Source: Trueperaceae bacterium (GTDB taxonomy: Bacteria > Deinococcota > Deinococci > Deinococcales > Trueperaceae). Taken from it: a stretch of 15,579 nt of DNA. The stretch spans positions 4,103 through 19,681 of the forward strand of contig JBBDRK010000065.1 in NCBI GenBank assembly GCA_040905465.1, read 5' to 3'. Below are positions 7,063 to 14,564 of this stretch, in pieces (position 1 is the first letter of the stretch; every line of letters starts with the position of its first letter). The notes under the pieces were generated by a model, which was not told the DNA's origin, made no database searches, and saw only the letters and a program-made list of their open reading frames with translations. The position numbers and the translations under genes are program-made.

Positions 7063-8175
7063 ATGATGCTCACCGCCGATCAAACTGCCCGCTACGACCG
7101 TCACCTGAGGCTCGACGAATTCGGGGCCCGGTCGCAGGAGCGCCTGTGCGCGGGTTCGGTGCTGGTGGTCGGCGCCGGCGGCCTCGGCTCCCCGGCACTG
7201 CTCTACCTCGCAGCTGCCGGGGTCGGCCGAATAGGCATCATCGACGACGACGTTCTCGACCGCAGCAACCTGCAGCGGCAGGTCGTCCACCGGGACAGCG
7301 ACGTGGGTTCGCCGAAGGTCGCCTCCGCGGCCCGGACGCTGCGGGAGCTGAACCCCGACGTGACCGTAGAGGCCCATGAACTCCGTTTGAGCGAGGAGAA
7401 CGCACGTGAGCTCCTGCGCGGTTACGACGTGGTGCTGGACGGCGCCGACAACTTCCCTACCCGCTACCTGATAAACGACGCCGGGCATCTCGAGAGCGTC
7501 CCGGTGGTCCATGGCTCCATCTACCGATTCGAGGGTCAGGTCACGGTGTTCGGCGGTGGAAGCGGGCCGTGCTATCGCTGCCTCTTCCCGCAGGCGCCGC
7601 CGGAAGGTACCGTCCCCTCGTGCGCGCAAGCCGGTGTACTGGGGGTGTTGCCGGGAGTGATAGGCAGCGTCCAGGCCACCGAGGCGATCAAGCTCCTCGC
7701 CGGGATCGGGGAGCCCCTCATCGGTCGCCTGCTGCGCTACGACGCATTGGCGATGAGTTGGAACACGTTACGTCTGGCACGAGACCCGGCGTGCCCCCTG
7801 TGTGGCGACGCACCCACTATTTCCGAGGTGGCGACCATCGACCGAGCGTGCGTCCCGGATCCGCGGGACGTCCTGCAGCAGTTGAGCACGGCCGAATATC
7901 GGGGGCTGCGCGGAGCGGGTGAGGAGCATCTCCTGCTCGACGTTCGCGAGCCGGCCGAGGTGGCTGCCGGCAGTATCGACGGACACCGCAACATTTCACT
8001 GGATGAGCTGCCCGGGCGGCTGGCGGAGCTCGAGCAGTGGCGCGATCGACTGGTGGTGTGCCACTGCCAGCGTGGTGGCCGCAGCCTGGAGGCCGCCAGA
8101 CTCCTGCGCCGCGCCGGGTTCAGCCGGGTGGCCAACCTCGAGGGCGGCTACCTGGCCTGGAGGCAGGGTCACTAG
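7063..8175 (+). CDS. moeB: Molybdopterin synthase adenylyltransferase MoeB fused to a C-terminal rhodanese (MoeZ/MoeBR type)
   Basis: RYDRH, VVGAGGLGSP, SNLQRQ, DGADNFPTRY, Zn motifs CYRC and CPLC, PSCAQAGVLG; rhodanese LLDVREPAE, CHCQRGGRS, NLEGGYLAW. Confidence 0.95.
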   Translation: MMLTADQTARYDRHLRLDEFGARSQERLCAGSVLVVGAGGLGSPALLYLAAAGVGRIGIIDDDVLDRSNLQRQVVHRDSDVGSPKVASAARTLRELNPDVTVEAHELRLSEENARELLRGYDVVLDGADNFPTRYLINDAGHLESVPVVHGSIYRFEGQVTVFGGGSGPCYRCLFPQAPPEGTVPSCAQAGVLGVLPGVIGSVQATEAIKLLAGIGEPLIGRLLRYDALAMSWNTLRLARDPACPLCGDAPTISEVATIDRACVPDPRDVLQQLSTAEYRGLRGAGEEHLLLDVREPAEVAAGSIDGHRNISLDELPGRLAELEQWRDRLVVCHCQRGGRSLEAARLLRRAGFSRVANLEGGYLAWRQGH

Positions 8176-8920
8176 CCGCTGGTGGAAATTGCTGATTCTC
8201 CTGCTGCCGTTCTTCGCTTCGGCACAGGAGGTTCGGATCGCTTCCGCATCCGATCTGCGCTTCGCCTTGGACCGAATCGTGCAGAGTTTCGAAGCCGAGA
8301 ATCCCGGCATCGACGTCGCCACCACGTACGGGTCGTCGGGAAACCTATATTCAGAGATCTCCCACGGCGCGCCCTTCGACATCTTCTTCTCGGCGAGCGC
8401 GGCGTACACCGGGGAGCTCGAAGCCCTCGGCCTGGTGGAGCCCGGAACGAGATCGCTATACGCCTCGGGCCACATCGTCATCTGGGTGCACGACCGTCTC
8501 GGCCTCGATCCACGGTCGCTGGGCCCGGAACTCCTCAGGCGTTCCGAAGTCACCCGGGTGGTCGTGGCCAACCCGCAACATGCGCCTTACGGCCGAGCTG
8601 CCATCGAATACCTGCGGGAATCGGGCCTGCACCAGGCGGTAGGACACAAGCTGGTGTTCGGTGAAAACGTGTCGCAAGCGTCGCAGATCGCTCTGCAATC
8701 CGGCCAGGTCGGCATCATCGCCCTTTCCCTGGCCAGGCACCCACGGCTGTCCCAAGCGGGTTCGTACTTCCCGATTCCGACCCACCAGCATGCTGCCATC
8801 GATCAGGAGTACGTGATTCTCGAAGGGCGCGACCGACGCGAAGTCCGCGAGTTCCATGCGTTCGTCCAGAGCGAATCCGGCCGGTCGATACTCGCCGACT
8901 ACGGCTTCACGCTGCCGTGA
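8168..8920 (+). CDS. modA: Molybdate ABC transporter substrate-binding protein ModA (start uncertain: non-canonical GTC at 8168 or TTG at 8189)
   Basis: Signal-peptide-like SRWWKLLILLLPFFASA|QE, then IASASDL, YGSSG, GAPFDIFFSA, ANPQHAPYGRAA, GENVSQA; directly upstream of modB. Confidence 0.9.
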   Translation, partial: VTSRWWKLLILLLPFFASAQEVRIASASDLRFALDRIVQSFEAENPGIDVATTYGSSGNLYSEISHGAPFDIFFSASAAYTGELEALGLVEPGTRSLYASGHIVIWVHDRLGLDPRSLGPELLRRSEVTRVVVANPQHAPYGRAAIEYLRESGLHQAVGHKLVFGENVSQASQIALQSGQVGIIALSLARHPRLSQAGSYFPIPTHQHAAIDQEYVILEGRDRREVREFHAFVQSESGRSILADYGFTLP

Positions 8921-9594
8921 TCGAACCACTGCTGCTGAGCCTGAGGTTGGCGACGGCGTCCAGCCTGCTGCTCCTCCTGCTGGGAATTCCACTCGGCTAT
9001 GTCCTCGCGCGCAAGAGATTCCCGTTGAAGAGGCTCGCCGAGACGGTGATACTGCTACCCCTTACGCTGCCGCCGACCGTACTCGGTTACTACCTGCTGG
9101 TCTTCCTCGGTTACCAGGGCCCGCTGGCGCGGCTCTTCAGCATCGAATGGGCCTTCCGCTTCGAAGGCCTGCTGATCGGCTCGGTAATCTTCAGCCTTCC
9201 CTTCGCCCTCACGGCATACCGCGAGGCATTCCGCTCGCTCGACGAAGACCTCCTGCAAACCGCCCGAACCCTCGGGGCCCCGAGGTGGCGCCTCTGGCGT
9301 TACGTGATCCTCCCCCTGACCTGGCCGGGTCTGCTGTCGGGCACACTCCTGGCTTTCGCGCACACGCTCGGTGAGTTCGGCGTGGTCCTCATGATCGGCG
9401 GCAACATCCCGGGTGAGACGCGAGTGATCAGCATCTATATCTACGATCTGGTGCAGGCGCTGGAGTTCGCAGAGGCGGCTCGCGTAGCCGGCGTGCTGCT
9501 GGTCCTGTCGTTCATCCTGCTCTATTCGGTTCGCGTCGTGGAGGAGAAGTGGACAAACCGCTTCAGGTCGATTACCGCATTCACGCACCCGTAG
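8917..9594 (+). CDS. modB: Molybdate ABC transporter permease ModB
   Basis: Hydrophobic; LPLTLPPTVLGYYLL, EAA-like loop LLQTARTLGA, FAHTLGEFGVVLMIGGNIPGETR; GTGA overlap with modA. Confidence 0.96.
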   Translation: MIEPLLLSLRLATASSLLLLLLGIPLGYVLARKRFPLKRLAETVILLPLTLPPTVLGYYLLVFLGYQGPLARLFSIEWAFRFEGLLIGSVIFSLPFALTAYREAFRSLDEDLLQTARTLGAPRWRLWRYVILPLTWPGLLSGTLLAFAHTLGEFGVVLMIGGNIPGETRVISIYIYDLVQALEFAEAARVAGVLLVLSFILLYSVRVVEEKWTNRFRSITAFTHP

Positions 9595-10586
9595 AGCTCG
9601 CGGCACGGCTCGAGGTACGCGGTTTCACCACGCTGCTGGGCCGCAGCGGCATCGGCAAGACGACGCTGCTCAAAGCGGTGGCCGGGCTGATTCCGGCAGC
9701 GGGAGCTCCGTTCGAAGGGCTGCCGCCGGAGAAACGACCGATCGGCTACATGCCGCAGAGTTACGCTTTGTTCCCGCACCTCTCCGCAATCGAGAACGTC
9801 GCCTTCCCGCTGCTGGCGCTGCCCCGCCAGACGCGCCTCGGCCAAGCCGCGACGCTCCTGCTGCAGATGGGCCTGAGCAAGGAACTGCATCACCTGCCGA
9901 GTCAGCTCTCGGACGGCCAGCAGCAGCGGGTGGCGTTGGCGCGGGCTCTTGCTCGTCAACCGAAGCTACTGCTGCTCGATGAACCGACCAGCGCGCTCGA
10001 CACCTTTACCCGCGAAGAGGTGATGCACGATGTCATCGACCGCCTGAGACAGACCGGCATTCCGACGCTCGCCGCCAGTCACGACACGGCATTGGCGCAG
10101 CTGAGTGACCACCTGGCGGTTTTGACCGAGGAGGGCGTAGCCCAGCAGGGTTCTCCGGAGGAAGTATTTGCTCACCCGGTCAGCCGGGCCGTTGCTCGAC
10201 TGGTGGGCCTGGCCGACACGTTTCCCGGCAAGGTGGTGCGCACTTCTGGCCCCTGGGTCGATATCGACACGGCAGCAGGAGAGCTCGTCGCGCGAGACGT
10301 TAAGGACCTGACGCCGGGAGAAACGGTGTATTGGGGCATCCGCAAGGAGGAGATAAGGCTCGTGCGGGTAGGGCGGACCCAGTGCGGAGAGGCGAGCGAA
10401 AACCTGATCGACGGAAGAATCGTGAAGCTCCTGCCACGCGGGCTCTCGACCGAACTTCGTTTCGAGGGGCCGATTTCGCTGAGCCTGACCGTTCCCCGGC
10501 ACCAGCGGGAACGGCTGGCGCTGATCCCTCACACCGACGTTCAGATCGCCCTCGACCCGCGCTTCGTGCACCTGATGTCCCGCTGA
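9549..10586 (+). CDS. modC: Molybdate ABC transporter ATPase ModC with C-terminal TOBE-like region
   Basis: Walker A GRSGIGKTT, Q-loop YMPQ, signature LSDGQ, Walker B LLLLDEP, H-switch ASHD; GAGGAG upstream of GTG; overlaps modB by 46 nt. Confidence 0.9.
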   Translation: MDKPLQVDYRIHAPVELAARLEVRGFTTLLGRSGIGKTTLLKAVAGLIPAAGAPFEGLPPEKRPIGYMPQSYALFPHLSAIENVAFPLLALPRQTRLGQAATLLLQMGLSKELHHLPSQLSDGQQQRVALARALARQPKLLLLDEPTSALDTFTREEVMHDVIDRLRQTGIPTLAASHDTALAQLSDHLAVLTEEGVAQQGSPEEVFAHPVSRAVARLVGLADTFPGKVVRTSGPWVDIDTAAGELVARDVKDLTPGETVYWGIRKEEIRLVRVGRTQCGEASENLIDGRIVKLLPRGLSTELRFEGPISLSLTVPRHQRERLALIPHTDVQIALDPRFVHLMSR

Positions 10587-10601
10587 GGTTTCCACGAGTC
10601 C

Positions 10602-10632
10602 GCCAGGCTCGCTTGCGGAATCAGAGCCTGGC
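10602..10632. terminator. Inverted repeat at the convergent modC / sulfite-oxidase-like junction
   Basis: GCCAGGCTC (10602-10610) / GAGCCTGGC (10624-10632), 13-nt loop containing the minus-strand stop codon; no U tract. Confidence 0.3.
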
Positions 10633-12270
10633 ACGCTTGCTGATGAGGCCGGTCGCTCCGCTGGGGTGCACCGGGTTCCGCTCGGTTATCTGTGGCGTGC
10701 CGTCGCCGTCGAAGCAGCGCACGGTGAAGGTGTGCTGCCCCGCTTCGAACGGCCAATCGTAGCGCCAGATGACCCAGGTGAGCTCGGAAAGCGGCTGGCG
10801 CAACCGGGCTTCGTGCCAGTCGCCGTCGTCGACCCTCACCTCGACGCGGGAGATGCCACGTGCGCCGGCGTGGGCAATTCCGCCAATGGGAACCAGGGCG
10901 GCTGCGCCCGGCGAGGAGTCTGTCGTGCCGGTTGCGACCATGTCCGTGGCAACCGTGTCGATCACCGAGGTCGAGCGCATGCGCGCGGTGTCGTCCCAGC
11001 CTCGTACGACCCAGAAACCCTGCTCCCAGTCGTCGATGGCCTCGATCCGGTCGATCCACTTGGGCTGCTTCATGCCGTAGACATCGGGGACGTAGATGCG
11101 CAGGGGGAAGCCGTTCTCGGTCGGCAGCGGAAGGCCGTCCCACTGGTAGGCCAGCATCACCCGCTCGTCCGCTTCGATCGTCTCCAGCGGCACTATCTCG
11201 AAGAAGCCGTCCACGGAACTGATCTTCAGGTGGGTTGCGCCGTCCACGAGCCCCAGGTCGGGCAGCAAGCGTTGCATCGACACGCCGGTCCAGCGAGTGG
11301 TGCTGATCAGATCGCCGCCCAGAGGATTCGAGATGCAGGACATGGTGATGAACTGGTGCATCGGCCGGTAGTTCTGCAGCTCCTCCAACGTGAACTCTCG
11401 GGCCGTGTCGACCAAGCCGCCGACCCGCAGCCGCCACTGATCGCCGGCAACGGTCGGTGGCGTGAGGTTGATGTCGATGCGGTAATGATCGTTGGGCAAG
11501 GTGAACTCGGGACGAGTACCGGGGGCCGGCTCGACTGTCGCACCCTGGTTGGGCAGGGCGTTGCGTTGTGACCAGGTTCCTGCCGAGCCCGCGTCTGCGT
11601 CCAGACGGCCGCGGCCCTCGCTGCGCAGCAGGCTGGCGAGGCCTGCACCCGCCACCGTGATGACCGCGGTGGCGCCGCCCAGCCGGAGCAGGAAGCGGCG
11701 GCGGTCCAGCCGCTGCACGATCGCAGCCTCGGCGGCGTGCTGAGTGCTCGCCGAAGAAAGGCGCCTGTACGTCCAGGCGAGGGCCGCACCCCAGGTCAGG
11801 AACGTCAGCATGATCCAGAAGCCGCTTACGACAGGGTTGGACGAATCGGCCGCGGTGGCACTGAGGCTGGCGGCGCCGAAACTTACGCTCAACGCAGCGA
11901 GTCCGAACGCCGCACCTAGAACTACGCTCGTCGGGTACCACATTCTCGCCGGAAGCGTTCCACTGAGTCCGAACAGCAACGCTCCCAGGGCGGCCCCGGC
12001 GGCGAGGAAGATTCCGACCGCCAGAGCCTGTTCGACCGCCTTGGCAACCGCGGACAACTCGCCGAGGTCGAGCGGCGAGATAAGGGCAACGATGAGGTCG
12101 ATGCCAAAAGTGACGACGGCGCCGGGGAGTACCCTGGCCAGCCAGTCGAACAGCTCGAAAGGGACGAAAGGAACAGCCAGCAACCGCAGTCCCAGGAACA
12201 GGACAGCGATCAGCGGGCCCGTCAGGAGTACGCCGACGAGTGCGCCACTGATGATGCTCGGTCTCCTAAT
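10621..12270 (-). CDS. Polytopic membrane sulfite-oxidase-family molybdoenzyme with internal Tat motif (start uncertain: ATT at 12270; first canonical start TTG at 12183)
   Basis: Several N-terminal hydrophobic segments, LDRRRFLL plus a hydrophobic helix, then HYRIDI, Mo-ligand Cys in TMSCISN, WTGV, GFPLRIYVPDVYGMKQPKWI and a C-terminal Ig-like dimer domain (GISRVEVRVDDGDWHEA...WVIWRYDW). Frame stays open 30 codons upstream of 12183, to a TGA at 12274-12276. Confidence 0.9.
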   Translation of the reverse strand: MRRPSIISGALVGVLLTGPLIAVLFLGLRLLAVPFVPFELFDWLARVLPGAVVTFGIDLIVALISPLDLGELSAVAKAVEQALAVGIFLAAGAALGALLFGLSGTLPARMWYPTSVVLGAAFGLAALSVSFGAASLSATAADSSNPVVSGFWIMLTFLTWGAALAWTYRRLSSASTQHAAEAAIVQRLDRRRFLLRLGGATAVITVAGAGLASLLRSEGRGRLDADAGSAGTWSQRNALPNQGATVEPAPGTRPEFTLPNDHYRIDINLTPPTVAGDQWRLRVGGLVDTAREFTLEELQNYRPMHQFITMSCISNPLGGDLISTTRWTGVSMQRLLPDLGLVDGATHLKISSVDGFFEIVPLETIEADERVMLAYQWDGLPLPTENGFPLRIYVPDVYGMKQPKWIDRIEAIDDWEQGFWVVRGWDDTARMRSTSVIDTVATDMVATGTTDSSPGAAALVPIGGIAHAGARGISRVEVRVDDGDWHEARLRQPLSELTWVIWRYDWPFEAGQHTFTVRCFDGDGTPQITERNPVHPSGATGLISKRARL

Positions 12271-12483
12271 ACCTCACCTGTACCTCGTCTGAGGCGCGCT
12301 CGACGCCGGCGGGCAGATGCATGTCGCGCGGGGCGCGATCATCGATCCGACCCGAGCGGAAACAACGCTCCAAACGCGCGGCGCCGTTCAGCCTCGAAGA
12401 ACCCTCTCGACACGGTAACCTACGGCAGCTACACAGCAATGCTAGCAGAACCGGTGGCGACGAGCTTGCGCAGGAGGCGTGAG

Positions 12484-13383
12484 ATGGCAAACGTATCAGC
12501 GACCGGTAGCGTCGCAAGCCTGTGGCGTTATCCGGTCAAGTCGATGCAGGGCGAGGAGCTCGGCGAAACCGAAGTGACGGAATGCGGACTGCTCGGGGAC
12601 AGGGCCTATGCCCTGATAGACCAGCAGGACGGGAAGGCGGCCAGTGCCAAGAACACGCGAGGGTGGCCGAACATTTTCGCGTACCGCGCCGCGTATCTCG
12701 AACCGACCGCTCTCGACGATGGCGACTCGGTGGCTGCCAGGCCCGTGCGGATCACGCTGCCGAGCGGCCGAAACCTGACCAGCGACCAGGCAGACGTGCA
12801 CGAGCTGCTCTCGCTGGAGTTCGGGCGTGAGCTCCGGCTCCAGGGGCGGGAGCGGGACCAGCGGCGGGTGCGGCAGGCGGCCCACGATTCGAAAGCGCCG
12901 CGGCTCGCGGATTCCCGGCCGGAAACCGGGCGCCTCGAGGAGCACGAGCCGAATTCCGAGCGCCTCGCCGAGGCGGAGCGCGGCAGCGACAAGGGGCCGC
13001 CCGCCGACACGTATTTCGACCTGGCGGTGGTGCACCTGCTGACAACGGCCACGCTCGAGCGGCTGAGCGAGCTCTATCCTGGCGGCCGGTTCGACGTAAG
13101 GCGTTATCGACCCAACGTGGTCGTGCAGACCGATGTACTGTCCGGATTCGTCGAGAACGACTGGGTCGGGCGCACACTCAGAATCGGGGACAGCCTTCGC
13201 TTGCAGGTCACTGCTCACTGCCCGCGCTGCGTCATGACTACGCTGCCGCAAGCAGACCTGCCGAACGACCCGGGAATCCTGCGAACGGCGGCGAAGCACA
13301 ACGAGGTGAACGTGGGCGTCTACGCCAGGGTGCTGCAGCGCGGCACGGTGAGGCGCAGGGACGCGCTCGAGCTGGAGGAGTGA
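12484..13383 (+). CDS. MOSC domain molybdoprotein (MOSC_N + MOSC; YcbX/mARC-like, no ferredoxin domain)
   Basis: LWRYPVKSMQGE, GLLGDRAYAL, RRYRPNVVV, CPRCVMTT, GVYARVLQRGTVRRRD; ATG at 12484 is 6 nt after AGGAGG. Confidence 0.93.
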   Translation: MANVSATGSVASLWRYPVKSMQGEELGETEVTECGLLGDRAYALIDQQDGKAASAKNTRGWPNIFAYRAAYLEPTALDDGDSVAARPVRITLPSGRNLTSDQADVHELLSLEFGRELRLQGRERDQRRVRQAAHDSKAPRLADSRPETGRLEEHEPNSERLAEAERGSDKGPPADTYFDLAVVHLLTTATLERLSELYPGGRFDVRRYRPNVVVQTDVLSGFVENDWVGRTLRIGDSLRLQVTAHCPRCVMTTLPQADLPNDPGILRTAAKHNEVNVGVYARVLQRGTVRRRDALELEE

Positions 13384-13390
13384 GCAGGCT

Positions 13391-13408
13391 CACCGGCGCC
13401 TGCCGGTG
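13391..13408. terminator. Small hairpin between convergent MOSC and desaturase genes
   Basis: CACCGGC / GCCGGTG 7-bp stem with 4-nt loop, 7 nt after the MOSC stop; no U tract. Confidence 0.3.
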
Positions 13409-13455
13409 GTATCTCGACGATGACCGATTCTACTGCGGTGCCGCCGGCCCGGTCC

Positions 13456-14535
13456 CTAGTAGCCAGGCCCCGGACGCGGCTGCTCGGCGTTTGCGCGCAG
13501 CGGCGCACTCACCTGGTGCAGGTAGGCGATGATCTCCCGATACGAACCGAGCATGCTCGTCTGGTAGTAGGAGATCTCGTGCTCCTCGCAGAAGCGCTTG
13601 ATGATCACGTGCGCCTCGCGCAACTTGTTGCGCGCCAGCGTGGGGAACAGGTGGTGCTCGATCTGGTAGTTGAGCCCGCCGTACCAGAAGTCGGTGATCG
13701 GATGAGGATGGACGTTTCGCGCGGTAAGGACCTGCCGGAGCATGAAGCCGAGCTCGTCCCCGCTCCCCAGCACCAGCATCCCCTTGTGGTTGGGGGCGAA
13801 CACGGAAGCCAGGTAGAACCCGAACAGCGCCTGCTGCACCAGCATGAACACCAGGGCATGGCCCAGTCCCAGGGCCGCGATGATAACCCCCACGTACGCC
13901 ACGACGTGCACCAACAGGAGAACTGCCTCCAGCGCCCGATATTTGGTTTTGTGGCTGAGCAGGAAGCCCACGCTGCCGGCGTGGAGGCTGAGCGCCTGCA
14001 GTAGCAGGAGCGGGAAGAAGAAGATCGCCTGGTGCTTTACCAGGAACCTGAACAACCCACGCTTCTTCAAGGCGTCCTGCTCGGAAAAGGCGAGCACCGG
14101 CATGTCGATGTCGGGGTCGGCGTCGTGCTGGTTCGGGTTGGCGTGATGCTTGTTGTGCTTGTCCAGCCACCAGCCGAAACTCATGCCCAGCAGCACGTTG
14201 GCGTGCAGCATGCCGACCAGGTCGTTGCGTCTGGGCGTCCGAAACGCCTGCCGGTGGCCGGCGTCGTGCGCTACGAAGCCGAACTGGCCGAAGACGAACG
14301 CCATGAGCACGGCGTTTGGGATCTGCAGCCATAGCGAGTCCGACAGGAACAGCACGGCCACGCTCAGGCCCAACAGCGCGAAGTTGATCAGCATCTTGCG
14401 GGCGATGAAGCCGGGTTGCTTGTCGAGCAGTCCCTGCTCTTTCACCCGCCTCTTCAGTTCGGAATAGTCGGCTTTCGGGCGATTTCGTTCCATGCGACCT
14501 GCCACCACGGCGGCGGTCGGAGTGTGCTCATCCAT
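13456..14535 (-). CDS. Membrane fatty acid (acyl-CoA/acyl-lipid) desaturase, front-end/Delta6-like, no fused cytochrome b5
   Basis: His boxes HDAGH, HNKHH and QIEHH, plus DPDI, FAPNHKGM, GGLNYQ; hydrophobic segments; ATG at 14535 with AAGGAG 10 nt upstream. Confidence 0.93.
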   Translation of the reverse strand: MDEHTPTAAVVAGRMERNRPKADYSELKRRVKEQGLLDKQPGFIARKMLINFALLGLSVAVLFLSDSLWLQIPNAVLMAFVFGQFGFVAHDAGHRQAFRTPRRNDLVGMLHANVLLGMSFGWWLDKHNKHHANPNQHDADPDIDMPVLAFSEQDALKKRGLFRFLVKHQAIFFFPLLLLQALSLHAGSVGFLLSHKTKYRALEAVLLLVHVVAYVGVIIAALGLGHALVFMLVQQALFGFYLASVFAPNHKGMLVLGSGDELGFMLRQVLTARNVHPHPITDFWYGGLNYQIEHHLFPTLARNKLREAHVIIKRFCEEHEISYYQTSMLGSYREIIAYLHQVSAPLRANAEQPRPGPGY

Positions 14536-14564
14536 ACGTTGCCATCTCCTTGTGACGATGCCCG

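Noticed and set aside
7919-8167. Long N-terminus for ModA from the track start at 7919
   Set aside because: Overlaps the well-conserved MoeB rhodanese domain and would bury the signal peptide.
8168-10586. Tungstate (TupABC/WtpABC) or sulfate transporter assignment
   Set aside because: Binding protein has ModA-type ASDL/GSSG/PYG motifs and lacks the TupA TTTS motif; the permease has the ModB GEFG...GGNIPG signature.
10541-14332. Long alternative-frame ORFs 10541..11941, 10666..11571, 12496..13299 and 13430..14332
   Set aside because: Fully overlap well-supported genes and have shadow-frame composition with no motifs.
14528-14545. Mini-ORF MATYG overlapping the desaturase start as a leader peptide
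   Set aside because: Its ATG directly abuts AAGGAG with zero spacing; the same SD fits the desaturase ATG 10 nt away.
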